Shown: positions 42,456 through 57,715 of the stretch, piece after piece
How the letters are laid out: each line of letters starts with the position of its first letter
How positions within the stretch are numbered: position 1 is the stretch's first letter
NCBI GenBank assembly: GCA_012295275.1
Contig: CM022665.1
Location: 42,284,001 to 42,348,000 of the forward strand
DNA length: 64,000 bases
Direction: 5' to 3'
Source of the DNA: Chrysomallon squamiferum
Lineage: Eukaryota > Animalia > Mollusca
Translations under genes and position numbers: made by a program
Notes under the pieces: model-generated
The model's input: the letters and a program-made list of their open reading frames with translations, nothing else
Database searches by the model: none
Told to the model about the DNA's origin: nothing

Positions 42456-44352
42456 CTGTCTCTCTGTCTGTCTCTCTGTCTGTCTCCCATTCGCACTCTC
42501 TCATTAAAACGTTATTGAAGACTTACTGAAAACATTTACCATAAATAAATAAATAAATAACAAAAACTAAAGAAAAAATATTAAGAAGAAAAATATTTTT
42601 TTTATTTTTAATTTTTAATTTTTTAAAAAGCAAACTAACAGACAGATAGACGAACAGACAAACAGATACGAGACACCGACGTGTTTTGTGTTTATTTCAA
42701 AAGAGCGAGCCAGACACTGCCCAACACTTGGTTCAAGTTACCACACTGACTAGTTCTTAAATCCTTCCTTTGTGAGGTACGTGACGTAACAGAGCGGCTC
42801 TGCGCGGTGTTTACTGCAGCTCATACAGCAATAAAATTATTCAGTTGCGAAATGGAGAAGACACACAAACTAATCAGAAAACAATATGCGGATCCGATCG
42901 CGCCCCCACCCCATATATATTTTTTTTTGCTATCCAATTTTCATTCTTTTCTTTCATTTCTTTCTTTATAACGAAGCTCATTAAACTTGAAAGTTATATG
43001 ACTCTCCTCCTCCTTTTTTTAACATTCCGGACCCTCCCCTGTACAGGCCAAGGCTGCAAGGCCAAACCAAAGGCTAATAAATCTTCTCGTTGTGAGTTAG
43101 ACGTTAACTTTACGTAACCTCGTGGATTAAGTGTCCAGCTTTCTCTGAAGTTTCGCCGCAGTCTGCGACGGTACAGCTGAAATCCCAGCAACTTTGAGAC
43201 CTGTTATAGGATACGGGCCTGTACCGATGTAATCAGTATCGAAAAAACCTGCCTATATCCCGTTTCACCCAGTACTCCGCGACCTCTGTGTCAGAGGCCT
43301 CTGTCGCAGTTGTTGTGCAGGCATAGAGAGTTTTGTGTTTTATCATTGCCGTCATCATCGTTGTCAGCGTCGTCGTCATCCTTATCGTCATCATCATCGT
43401 CGTTATTGATGATACTGCAGTTTTCATACAGACCGTCGTAATTGTTACTGCCATTAGCAGAATTACTGCTATGTGCGCTGCAACAACGACAACTACTTCT
43501 ATTACAATTACTGCTATGTTACTGATACTGCTGCTGCCACCACTTAAAACAAATAAACTGCCGGATTCAAATAACTCTCCCGAACCATCAAAGCTGCCGG
43601 ATTAGTGAGGTCGGAACTGTACGACTACAATAATTGCTAATAACCATACTTCTTATCACATTCCCGTCCACCACCACTAGTATTACTACTGAAACTTACT
43701 ATTTTCTAGTAATAATTATTAATACTAGCAGTACTAGTACTACTCAAACCAGCTTCACAGCCCATTAGACTTATAATATATTAACTGAACGAACCATTCT
43801 TTTTTTATTTTATTTTTTTCTGTCTTCAAAACCTAACAAAAGTTATGTTGTTGTAGGTATACATTAATAATGCAATCGTGTATTGATCTAGTTAATACTC
43901 CTATGACAATACGTCAGATATTAACCAGTCTCAAGAGGAAATACGAGATTATGTTCTGACTCTTTCACCAAACATTTCGAACGATCGACAACGAATATCT
44001 TATTAATGAACATACGTTATTCTAAGCTGTTAGATTCTTTTACTTTCGAATCATCTTTACAGCCGCACCAAGGCACGCTTGCAGAAATGCTTGGAGTGGT
44101 TGTAATTGTGATAGTAGTTGTTGTAGTATTTGTAGTAGTAGTAGTAACAGTAATAGTATTATGTAGTAGTCTATGTTGTTCTAACAGAACTAGTTATTGA
44201 AAAATAGTGTTTATAATTTTTATTTTTATTTTTCTTATTTCATAAATTTCTGTTCCCTAATTTATTGTGAACAGTATACCTGTATTTTATTATGTACTAA
44301 TTGTTTTACTTTATTATTTATATGTTTGTTTGTTTGCTTGCTTGCTTGCTTG

Positions 44353-44400
<48 letters not shown>

Positions 44401-44713
44401 TTACAAGTGGCAAAAATGGTGGCAAAACCAAAGTTAATCGATACATTATTACCTGAAATATTACACATTAATGAAATAAAAACCTTTTGTCACTCATTTT
44501 GTATTATTAATCTCTTTCATTCTGCGGGACATGGATGATATAATTTCGCACTTGTCAATTACGGACAACAGTAATTTATATTATAATACGTAAAACATAA
44601 AGACTTTCAAATGAGTGCGAACGAACCCTGTCTCTTACGTCAGAGAAATGTTACACAATTTTCAGTCGAGCCAAACGTCACGTTCAAATGTTATAATGAG
44701 ACCAAACGCGATT

Positions 44714-44897
44714 TGTGGCTACTTGTTAGTTCTTTCGTACCAGAAGCGTTGGGTCGCTGGTTCATTTCCTCTCAGAGACACCGTTCATCAAATCAGAGAT
44801 AATCATGGTGGTGTTTTCTCTGCTGTATGTGAGAAGGTGTACTTAAAAGGACATTTGTTGCTAATCAGTAAGAGTAACCCGGGAAGTGATGGGTGCC

Positions 44898-44900
<3 letters not shown>
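44714..44900 (+). mobile_element. Degenerate tRNA-derived SINE, MetaSINE-like (copy C)
   Basis: GGGTCGCTGGTTCATTTCC (B-box-like, 44751-44769), then GAAGGTGTACTTAAAAGGACATTTGTTGCTAATCAGTAAGAGTAACCC, homologous to 5885-5934. Confidence 0.65.
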
Positions 44901-44939
<39 letters not shown>

Positions 44940-46014
44940 CGGATATCAGTAATATCATCATCACCATCATCATAATCATCATTATCATCTAAAAATGAGG
45001 AGATTACCAGAGATTATCAGATTTCCTAAACAGACCTGTCTTTAGTTGCATTATTATTATTACTATCACTAGTAATAGTAATATTATTATTGTTGATGGT
45101 GACCATGATGGTGGTAGTGATGACGTATGTAATTCACAAACGCTGTTAAAGCACACTTTTAAAAGCCAGGGTCTGAAAATAGTAATATTGTTCGTCGGAA
45201 AAAAATAAAAATAAAAATAAAAAAATACAGTTGAAATGGCCTATTATTTTCATTTGTTTCGGCGAGAAGAGAGAGGGCCGCCTGTAAAGTTACACGTCTG
45301 CTTCGACTAAAGTTTCGCGCGCGTAAAATAATGCTGTAACATCTTGGCTTGTACAGTGACTGAATTTTATAATGTGATTTCCGCCATTGTTGTATTACTA
45401 ATTCTGACGCTTTCCATATTACATTGCAGGTTTCGAATAACGTCCTATGAACGTTTTCAAATTCGGAGGTGCTAATCCGGAAAAGGTGTTTAACGCTATC
45501 TTGGATGTTTTTTGATGTTCCGGCACATATTAATTTCACTTCATGCTATTAAAAATGTGGCAGGTATTTAAAAAAAAAATAATAATAAATTAAAAAAAAT
45601 TTAAAAAAAACAAAACAAAAAACATTAAAAAAAAAGAGAAAAACACGTGTTTAATAGTATCTAACGTTCTTCTGTTTACTTTAATATTGTTGTTTGCTGT
45701 ATGTTCGCTGTACTTTCTATTTTATCTGAGTAACTGCCTAACAGCTAATATTGCCCTATATGTTTGTGTCAGATGATTTAATATCTTTCTCTCTCTTGGA
45801 TTATCTCGTTCATGCTTTTGTTCACGCTGTTTTCTCTGCCTTTCTTTCTTTCTTTCTGTTGAAGTGTTTTACTTTATGTGTGCTGTCACTACGGACAAAA
45901 CTCTGACGATAAAAAGAAATCTGGTTACCTTATCTTAATCAAATATATGTTCTGTTACACAGAGCAATACGGACAAATGTAACACAACAGTGCATTCTAT
46001 TAAAAGTGTGTGTG

Positions 46015-46071
<57 letters not shown>

Positions 46072-46099
46072 ACACACACACACACACAGTATATAATGT

Positions 46100-46650
46100 G
46101 CATAAGTGTCAGCGCGTGCATCGCAGGACTCAAGCAGTGACTTTCGCGGCAATGGCGGAGATTTTCATCTTTGAAACAGGTGTAAGGGCGACACGTCGTC
46201 TGTATCTCAAGTTGTGTATTAAAAATCAATTGCTCGTGACTTCGTTTGATTCGCGCATGTTCAGACCGCAGACAGCACGATGCAGATGTCGTCTGATAGA
46301 AAACTTGTCGTCTGTTTCAGGGTCAGGTCCGACAGTGTAAGACGAAACGAGTTAACACATTGTTTTACCATTTCAGCATCGACCGAGTTACTTGTGTTTG
46401 TTTTACCACACTGTGGTATTAAAGATGAAATTCTTTCATGCATTATTTATACGATATTCAAGATCTAATGAGTTTAATTATAAACAGCAAACTTTACAAT
46501 GGCAGTGGGCAAAAAGAATCGCAAAGGGCTTGGCTTAGGGTACGTCCCTTCAACTATCCGCGCATGCGTATTAGATTTGTCGTCTGCCCCTGATCCATCT
46601 GTGTTACGCTGTATTGTCCATCGAGACGTCGCCATTATGTTAAAAGTTCT
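46100..46650. promoter_or_regulatory. CpG-rich island with four GTCGTCTG motifs and two NRF1-like GCGCATG sites
   Basis: GTCGTCTG at 46195, 46288, 46307 and 46579. GCGCATG at about 46254 and 46560. Confidence 0.45.
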
Positions 46651-47286
46651 TTGCAAAAATGAAAATAATAGAATAAAATAATAACAACAAAAAATATTTA
46701 TGTATTTGGTCTCTTCTTTAAAATCTTCTTTACTCCGTTTTCTTTATTAAAAATTTTAAAAATATATAAATTGACCTACGAGAGAAAGTTGTAGAATGTT
46801 GATGATATTTATACGTGTTTTGTTAAATTTATCAGTAAAAAAAACAAATTTACGATTTGGTCCTGGAATATAAGGATCGAGCAATATTTGAATTAAAACG
46901 AAATAAAACAGACATAGACAGACAGACAGACAGACAGATAGATATACAGATGGATGGATAGACAGAAAAATAGATAAGTAGATAGGAAGAAAGAAAGATA
47001 AATAGAAAAACAGATATACATACATACATACATACATAATACATGCAGAGAAACAGACACAAAGAAACAGATAGAAAAACTGACATACTCACAGACAAAG
47101 AGACATACATACAGATGGATAGATATAAAATATAAAATAATATTCACTAAAACCTATCAATAATTTTACGAACACGTGTATCTGAATTGTGTTTTTTTTT
47201 ACATTTGTTTTGTTTTTAATTTTGTTTTAATTTTATTATAACTATCTTTATAATCATCATCATCATAATTATTATTGTTATTGTTA

Positions 47287-47341
<55 letters not shown>

Positions 47342-47793
47342 GTGGTTGTGGTTGTTGTTGTTATAACTGTTATCGCTGTTGTTATTGTTATTATTATTAA
47401 ACATTTTTGCTCTTTTTAATGTGAGTCTGGTAACTTTGTTTCTTTTCTTTTTTTTGGCGCGAAATTTCAGCAAAGCCAGCAGACGACACCTCAGAAACTA
47501 GCAGCGGTCTGCCGTATCTTCAGCCATGCAATTTCTCAAAGTGCTTGGCAGACATGTAAATGGAAATGACTGTACTTGTATTTTCAGTATTAATTATTAA
47601 GGTAAAGGCCCCTCTAGTTCTAGCGGGTCGAGGACTTCTGTCACAGCTGAAAGATAAGATACCACTTCAGATCCACAGAAGACGTGCATGTAATCAAAGA
47701 TGCGGAATCTGCTAGGAGGATGCCAACGTTGTTTATTTATTAATATATATAATTTTATTATTCCTTTAATTATTTCTTACGTTTTAAATAATT

Positions 47794-47908
<115 letters not shown>

Positions 47909-49137
47909 ATCTCTTTCTTTCTTGGCTTTTTTGACACCGAAATATGTATAGGTTTACTTTCCATTTTGTTGTTGTTTAATATGAGCGATACTAATTACTG
48001 CAGATCAATCAAATGCGACATGAAAACAGTTAGAGCAGTAAGAAACAAAAGTAAGTCTGACACGATTTATCAATCAACGCAGCTCAGGTGATTGTTGTAT
48101 TGCGTGTGGGTGTTCATAGGTGTGTCTATCATATAAATATATATATAAATTCATAGATATACAGACAGGTATGATATATAGATTAACATACAGACAGACA
48201 GACAGATAGATTGATAGATCGATATAAAAGCAGACAGACAGACAGATAGATGGATAAATAGATAGATTAACACATACATATACACGCACACACACAGAAC
48301 GAAACATACTCACAAACAGACAGACAGACAGATAACGTCTGTGTTTAATATCTTAGTATTACATGATTACATGTCGATTTATATATCAGAGTATTCGTAT
48401 GATGTGAAGAAATATCTATCCCCAATTTTAAAAAAAAATTATATGAACTGCTGGTTCGATCATTTCGCCAAATAGACCTCTCAAACAAACAGAATCCATC
48501 TTCCACAGTGTTTGGGGCAGAAGAATTTCGTCCGCTGTGTTTGTGCCAAAAATTGTGTTGTTAATCTGTCCGAGCTGGTTCTGCAGTATCAAACTTTTGT
48601 TTGCAAATAAATGTTTGATGGAGTTTAACACACTCCATCACCCACAAATTGTCTGTAACGAAATTATTTGTAAATATCTGCAACGTGACCAATCAGAAAG
48701 CAATTTAGAATCACGTGGTATATTAGTTATTTCTTTTTTTTAGGGGGGGAGAGTATTGCTTCTGGTTTGTGTCTGCATAGCAAATATAACAACATAAATG
48801 TTTTATTGAAATAAGTAATGAAACTGTAACGGTGCTGTGGCTAAACAGTCGGCCTTTCACGGTGATATGAATAGAAACTGCAACTCAGATGACGGTTCTT
48901 ACTCACAGTTAATTAGCACGATACGAAAACACTACACTCAATTCCCTGGCCATGTTTGCAAACAGAAGACTTTACCTTAAAATCATCTATGGTTAGGAAT
49001 ACATCTCCTTGAAAGCCTCTATCATATTACTACAGCTTTCTCTCTTCCTCCCTCCTTCTTTCTCTCTCTCCATCCCTCCCTCCCCTCTCTCTTTTTCTTT
49101 TTGCCTCCCTTCGTCCTTTTCTCTGTGTTCTCTCTCT

Positions 49138-49261
<124 letters not shown>

Positions 49262-49420
49262 GTTCATGCCCACCTGACAGTGTAGTGTGGGTAACCCAAT
49301 TCCCACCAGTCTGATGGAAAGTGTGTTGGAAATATTGAGATGTCTGTATTCTTTAACCGGGTCCGTGTTTATGTTTTGTTTCTCACACAAAACCGGCTAT
49401 CTTTTCCTCCATCTTCTTCT
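49262..49420 (-). mobile_element. 160-bp young repeat element abutting (GA)n, copy 2 (inverted partner of 7075-7234)
   Basis: Reverse complement matches 7075-7234 at about 98%. The same peptide (NTxPVKEYRHLNISNTLSIRLVGxGLPTLHCQVGMN) appears in ORFs 6965+ and 49022-. Confidence 0.85.
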
Positions 49421-49718
49421 GTTTCAGACGTACTAAAATAGAATTTCTTTCTTCTCTGCTAAGATAGGACTGATAGGTCTTTCAAAGCAAAGAGAACATA
49501 CGCTGCTGTATAGTACTTAGGATATGTCTGTAAATGTATGTATGTATGTTCGTACATATATATGTCCGTATATATATATATATATATATATATGTTTGTA
49601 TGTCCGTACGTAAGTGTGTATGTGTCTATGTTTGTACGTATTTACAGACGTGTATGTGTGTATCTGTATGTGCCTGTGCCTGTATATGTTTGCATGTGTG
49701 TCTGTGTGCATGTTTGTG

Positions 49719-49778
<60 letters not shown>

Positions 49779-50022
49779 TGTGTGTGTGAATATATATGCA
49801 ATACTGTTTTAAATGAAAGACAATAAAAAGCGAAATAAATGCTGTAAAATAAATATATATTTTATTTTGTTTTGTTTGTTTGTTTTGTGGTTGTGGCTGT
49901 TACTTTTTCTCTCTCCAGAAATTGTTTCCAGTGAAAAATATACAATACTGCTTCGTTCTTTATTATTATTATCATTATTATTATTAGTAGTAGTAGTATT
50001 ATTATTATTATTATTATTGTTA

Positions 50023-50081
<59 letters not shown>

Positions 50082-51583
50082 GTTATTATTATTATTATTA
50101 TTATTAATGTTATTTTTATTATTATTTTTTTATTATTATTATAGTGTAAATTTTTTTCCAAAAATTAAGGTTACGGACGGTTTTTGTTTGATGTCAGAGG
50201 GATTATTTAAAAAAAAAAAAAAAAAAGATTGATTGGTTGAAACTAACACATGGTTCTCAATAACAACCACATCCTATTTTCCAATATTAAACGTTCTTGC
50301 TGTGGTTTTGTATTAAAATAAGAAAAGAAAAACGAGAAAATAAAAACCTAATCCATATCGGTATAAAAACTGCGATTACGGTGTATTTAGATTAGAAAAT
50401 AGACCGGAATCCTTTCTTTGTTACGCAGCAGTGTTCTTTTTTTATTATTATTATTACTACTATTATTAGTATTTTTTTTTTTTTTTTTTTTTTTTTTCAG
50501 TTTTTAAAATGTATTATTATTGTTATGTTTTTCTATTAATCTACGTGACAAAATCTGATAGAAAATATCACAATAAAAATAAATCTAAAAAAAACAAATT
50601 CTATTTTTAATCAACCTACGTGATACTCATTATCTGTCTATGAGAAGCGGTGTTGGAGACCAGGTCTATACACAGATACGGCCGAACGAAAGCGATAGAT
50701 TTCTGATAGACATAAATTAACAATAATTTCATTAGTCCTGCCTGTTTGATCCGCAGTAACTAATTGTTCGTAAGCACTCGTAAAATAATTGTCTTACAGT
50801 ATTAGCCGTGGCCCGTCTAATCCGTTTCAACGACAGATGTATTTGCTGATCAGTATTTCAAACAGTTTTTCCCAACGTTCTTTCATGTCGTCTGCGCGCA
50901 TATAACCATTATTTCTGATGCTTATCAAATGTTACAAATTTAAAAACCTTTTCACGGTATAGATTATTTTTAGTGGTGAAAAAAAAAAAAAAAAAAAAAA
51001 GTGTTCAGAAAGTGATACCGCCGGGTGTTCAGTCTATTATATGTCGCTTAATGAACGGTTGGTCGTCTCTGCGCATGTCTGAAGTGATACGTGGTTTACT
51101 AAACGTCTGACTGGCTGCTGGTATTACTGCCGTTATTGTTCCTATTGTTCGTCGTCTTCTTATTGCTATTACTGATGCGATATTAATTAATTAATTACAT
51201 TATCTATCTTTCTATCTATGTAATCTATCTATCTGCCTGTCTGTATATACTGTCTGTATATCTATCTATCTGACTGTCTGTCTCTGTCTACCTAACTTTC
51301 TATTTATACGGAGGCCTATATAAAATATCCTTTGCAGCTAATATAAAAATACATTCATAGACACACATAAATACCATACATATTTACATACACATACTTA
51401 CATAAATAAATACATACATAGACAGATACACATTCACACGTACATATACATATATACAGATGACATAAGCATGCATAAAATAATCTAATATAGATATATA
51501 CGCACCTGCATTCATCCATATCATTTAACGTTTAGAATTATTTAGATTTCTAAACTGCACAGCTAAGAAGAAAAAAAGAAATA

Positions 51584-51614
<31 letters not shown>

Positions 51615-51659
51615 TTTTTATTTATTTATTTTATATTATTTCACTGTTATTATTATTAC

Positions 51660-51736
<77 letters not shown>

Positions 51737-51984
51737 GGTTATTATTATTAATGAATAATATAAAATAAATAAAATAATGCTTTATTTTTAAAGAAGTTCA
51801 TGTGGAAAATTCTAATTTTTTCGTAATTTTCCACCGTAGTGAATACTGCCGAGGGCATTTCTGCGCCGATTGTTAATACATACATTAACATATTACATAG
51901 CTGACCGCTTGTATTCAACAGTGCTGCATAAATTTCATATGTGTTGTCTTCATTAATCGCCACGTGCTTTACAGTAATCAGACT

Positions 51985-52067
<83 letters not shown>

Positions 52068-52427
52068 GTTGTTCGTCTGCTTCCTGATTCCTTTCTCAGC
52101 AGTTGATCGTGAACGACAGGTTTTGTGACAAATGTTAATTTTATCAACTGTGTGGTTTGGGTATTTGTGAAATTTTCTGTTTAAAGTCTGATACAAAACG
52201 ACGAATCCCGCTGTAGAGTAGGATTTACTGATTGTAATCACAGTACACACTTATATTACGTTTATCTAGGTGTGTGTGTGTCTGCAGGTTTTGTTGGTAC
52301 GCAGATTCGAACGCAGACGCTCCTAATAATTTAATTAAACGTTTCTTTTAAAAGTTTTTTTTATTCTTATTCTTATTCTTATTTTTATTCTTTCTTCTTC
52401 TCCTTCTTCTTCTTCTTCTTCTTATTA

Positions 52428-52458
<31 letters not shown>

Positions 52459-53640
52459 CTACAGTTTATGTTTGTCAGTGCATATGTAAATTTTAGAGCA
52501 TCAGACTTCGTGCTATATAATTTTATTTTTATTTTATTCGTTTAATTTTTACTTATAACTAAATTAATTAATTAAAACCGTTCTTTCTCTTCTTCTTCTT
52601 ATCACAACTACTACTGTAGCTTCTGTGGCCACTGCTACTACTGCAACGTTTAATACTACTACTATTGTTAATGCTGTTTCTCCTATTATTACTACTGCTA
52701 CTACTGTAACTATTACTACCAATACTACTACTATTACTACTACTGCTGCTAATACTATTACTACTACAACAACTCCTACTAGTGCTATTACTACTACTAC
52801 TACTACTAATAATAATAATATTAATAATGCCATGAACATTGTTCTTATTTCGCTTCATAATTCTGTTCTTCTTATTATTAAAACCGTTACTACAGTTGCT
52901 GCTGCTGATGTTGTTGTTGTTGTTGTTGTTGCTGTGGTCTTTAAACAGAACATACTGTTTTACTTACAATGATTCATCCTAGAAATCTCATTAACAAAAC
53001 ACTGAAGTTAACCAGTTCTGCTAAAACGTCTTGCCGACACCTCCCATCGACAGCTAAATTACTGGGGGGTAATTTGCCAGTAACTTCACCAATTATGTAT
53101 CTCAGCTGGGTCCAGTTCGAGAGTGGACAGGCAGGCTGTAGTGATTGATGGCCGGACAAATGCCACTTATGGCCAATGACCGTTGAAGAAGTGCGGACTC
53201 GGCGTTCGGTCACTCGAGGACAGTTACAACAGATGCGAGGTAGCCTGTGGTCAAGCCCGGCTTCACCCGCTGCTGGACGGCGGCCAGCGTTTCGGGTCAT
53301 GTGAGGCTACTGCTGGTCATCTCAGGACAAGGCTGGTCATTTCAGGACACTGAGGAGCTGGAGAGATTTTTTATTTTTTTATTTTGTTGAGTGTTTTAAG
53401 TTACGTGCTGCCTGTTATTTACCAACGAGCTGATATTACTTACACTGACAGACACGTACTTAAATGCGCAGACTCAAACACATACATGTATAATCACTAT
53501 GTGTTTGTGTTGGACGAAAAGAGAGATGGATATATTTTGTCTGTCCTTCTCTCTCTTTTTCCATTCTTTGTTTCCTTTCTTTGTTTCTCTCTTTTTCTAT
53601 ATGTTTCCTTTCTTTGTTTATGTCTTTGTCTTTGTCTCAT

Positions 53641-53698
<58 letters not shown>

Positions 53699-54617
53699 CA
53701 GAAAGAGACAGACAGAGAGAGAGAGGAACAAAGAGAGACATACACACATATAATTTAAGAATATATAATTGCTTTTAACAGGAATAAAACAAACATTTTG
53801 TTTTAATTTTAAATATCATAACGAGATTGTAGCTTTAATCCAAACTTCAAAAATGTAACAAACAACCGCACTAATTCGTGATATGCACGTAATATAGTCT
53901 AATGCATAACCTTTGCAAGCTTGCAATTGCTACTGTCTCATTCATAACCTTTTGCATGTGAATTTCCTAGAAACACAACGGTCGTTCTTTTACAGTTAAT
54001 ATTTGATGACGCTCGAACTCAGAGCAAAACGCGAAGACATTAAACTTTTAGTTTGTGCTCTAATCTGGAATTCGGTCCAAATTCGTACGGTGTAAATTAA
54101 TGTAATTAACTTGGATGACAGATTTACTGATCCGACTTTAATTAATTAGTGATTTAATTTAGCCACTAATTAACGAAATGATAAATAGCTGACATTTTGC
54201 CTTGAAGGATGTACGCGTTGAATTATGGGTGATTATAACTTCATCGCCATTTTTGATCTTCTTCGTATATGTCGTTTAAAATTTGTTTTATTTATTTAAT
54301 GATTATTATTATTTTATTATTATTAATAGTAGTTGTTGTAGCAGTAGTAGTAATATTGTTATTGTTATTATTATTATTAGTATTATTGTTATTGTTATTG
54401 TTGGTGTGTTATTATTATTAATATTCAGTTGGAATAAAAATATCAAAATTTTATAGGGCGTGGTCACAAATTTAACGATAACGTCAGATTGTCTAAATAT
54501 TAAAAGTTCAAAACACATTTTCAAATTACTGGAAAAGCTGAAAAATAATTTTATCATTTGGTGTAAAAATCTACTTTTTCTTTTTTCATGTTTAGTTGTT
54601 TGGTTGGTTGATTGATT

Positions 54618-54683
<66 letters not shown>

Positions 54684-55104
54684 TTAATTTTATATTTTTA
54701 TAGCTTTATGTGATGGTTTTTGATTTTTGTATGGTAATAATATAAGATATGAAATTACTTGCCAGTACTAAGTTTTTCTTTCTTTCTTTCATTCATTATT
54801 TCTCTGTTCATTCATCTGTTTATTTAATTACTCATTCATTCATTTATTATATCATCATCATCATCATCATTATTATTATTCTTTTTATTATTATTATTAT
54901 TATTATTACTGTTGTTATTGTTATTGTTATTAGCATGACACAGATCTGTACACGTGTAAAACTTTTTCCAAACTGCGCTGTCTGGGACAGAAAATAGCCT
55001 GTAATGCATCAAGGAAGATTGACCTTAAAAACCTTCACGCCTCAAGCAATCATGGCTCTGTGTAGTTACATGTTGTTCTGAGATCCGACCAGAATGCACT
55101 AACA

Positions 55105-55585
55105 GAAGTAAATGAAAAAGGAGGGGGAGGAGAAGAATGGGAAGAAGAAGAAGAAGAAGAAGAAGATGATGATGATGATGATGATGATGATGAAATAGAA
55201 GAAGAAGAAAAAGAAGTAGAAGAAGGAGAAAAACACTATAAAGAAGATGATAGTGAATAATAATAAGAAGAACAAGAACAGCAAGCAGAAGACAAAGAAG
55301 AAGAAGAACAGGAAGAAAAACAATATAAAGAATATTAAGAAGAAAAATCTAAAGAAGATGATGATGATGAATAAAAAAGAACATGAAGAAGACGACGAAG
55401 AAAAGTAAGAAGAAGACGAAGAAGTGGAAGAAAAGAAAAATGAAAGACGAGGAGATGAAGCAGGAGATGGAGAAAGGGTAGGAGAAGTAAAGGAGTAGGA
55501 GAATGAAGAGAAAAATGGAAGAAGAAGAAGAAGATGATGATGATGAAGAAAAAGTATAAGAAAGAAAATAAAGAGAATAAATAAG
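55105..55585. repeat. Purine-rich (GAA/GAT)n low-complexity tract
   Basis: Runs of gaagaa / gatgat with interspersed stop codons. It explains the ORFs at 55099 and 55335. Confidence 0.85.
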
Positions 55586-56387
55586 AATACATTAACACAT
55601 CGTGACGTACAATGTGAAGTGTCAAACACGTTTGTTCGTGGACACCCGTTGTTTTATTACAAGTTGCAAACAGCAAGTGACGTGTCCACTTGTAATTTTA
55701 AAGACCACAAAATGTGTCCACTTCTCCGTCACCAGTGTGCACGTTAGGCTGTCGAGGTGGATCGTAGCTGATCTTATCTTTGTTTCCATTTAAATAGTTT
55801 TTTTCCTTTTTCTAGCTTTCTAGTAAAGATACTGATAACATCCAGTAAAATCTGTGTGAATATTAAATGAAATGTTTGTGAGACCATATGTCAGCTGGTC
55901 TGGTTGTGTTGTTGTTGTTGTTGTTGTTAGTGTTGCTGTTGTTTTTGACGTTGATACTATTGTTGTTCTTACATTCACTTAATCTTTATTTATTTAATTA
56001 TTTGTTTTCTTACTAACTTACTTACTTATTTATTTTATTTTATTTTTTCACTTTCCTTTGTTGTTGTAAATGTGGCTATCTATAATTATATTAACATCAT
56101 TTAAAAAAAATCTATGACGTCATTAACGAAATGTACCAAAAATACCGACCAGCGATTGATTGACAGTTTTAGAAGAAGGGGGTGCGTCCTTTATACTGAA
56201 TATATTTTTCAGATGAACTAATTAATAAATTAACAGTTATTCGGTTATTCGGGGTAAGACATTTTAAAATAAAAGTTTTCGGGTATTTTGGCCCCTGTGG
56301 CACTTCTCGATATCACCTTTCTACAGCAGGTAATCAGCTTTATAAATAATATGAAAATTACAGACGTGAACATAAATCTCAGAAACA

Positions 56388-56716
56388 CGAACCATTCGTC
56401 CATAGAAAATTTTTCCACAGACAATTCGTCCACAAAACCATTCGTCCACAGACAATTCGTCCACAAAACCATTCGTCCACAGACAATTCTTCCACAAGAC
56501 CATTCGCCCACAGACAATTCTCCCACAAAACCATTCGTCCACAGACAATTCTTCCACAAAACCAAAACAATTCGTCCTCAGACAATTCGTCCACAGACAA
56601 TTCTTCCACAAAACAATTCGTCCTCAGACAATTCGTCCACAGACAATTCTTCCACAAAACAATTCGTCCACAAACAATTCGTCCACAAAACCATTCGTCC
56701 ACAGACAATTCTTCAG
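56388..56716. repeat. 15-bp minisatellite with alternating variants (ATTCGTCCACAGACA / ATTCGTCCACAAAACC), about 20 units
   Basis: Tandem units are visible directly. They generate the repetitive ORFs at 56245-56738. Confidence 0.92.
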
Positions 56717-56843
56717 CTATACTAAAGTTACCGTTCAAATTTGACTGTCAAGTTTTTATTTCTTACTCTGCACCCATTATAATATTATCATAGAGTTCGT
56801 CCAACGTAAAATTCGTTCATCCTTTAGGAAATTAGTCCTACTG

Positions 56844-56882
<39 letters not shown>

Positions 56883-56883
56883 T

Positions 56884-56948
<65 letters not shown>

Positions 56949-57316
56949 ATAAGCAAACTTTGGTGACACTTAACCAGCGAGCCGCCAGTGAGTGTGCAAG
57001 TTATTAACTGGTGTTTTTATGCGATGCAAATCGATTACATTAATAGCCGTGTTGTATAAGCGAGGTGGCGACACAGGCCTGGTTTCTAATAGCCGCGGTT
57101 ACACGCTCCAACTTCACATTGCACGTCCTCTGACACTCACTTCTTATACGCGTTGTATATGTACATGTTCACTTCACCAGCATCGCTCGGTGGTTTGAAA
57201 CGAGGAATTTATAATATTTATGTCTGGTGACAAGTAGTGGTAGTAGTAGATGGGTGTTTTCAAAAGAAAAAGAAAGTTAAATAGAAATGAATTTGTAGTT
57301 TATAATTAATAAAATG

Positions 57317-57365
<49 letters not shown>

Positions 57366-57504
57366 GATAGAAATAAAAATAAATAGAAAAAAATAAAAAA
57401 TAAAAAATAAATAAATAAAAAAATAAAAAATAAATAAATAAGTAAATAAATAAATAAATAAATAAACAACAATAATAAAAATATTCACCCTTGCTGGATA
57501 TATA

Positions 57505-57715
57505 TATATTTATTTATCTATTTTATTTTATTTTATTTTTTAATACTAAATTATTTTTCTATTTATCCATTTATTTATTTATCTATGTATTTTATTTTAT
57601 TTTATTTTTTTATTACTAAATTATTTTTCTATTTATCTATTTATTTATTTATCTATGTATTTTATTTTATTTTATTTTATTTTTTTATTACTAAATTATT
57701 TTTCTATTTATCTGT
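57505..57715. repeat. ~70-bp AT-rich tandem repeat, about 3 copies
   Basis: TACTAAATTATTTTTCTATTTATC recurs three times. Confidence 0.75.
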
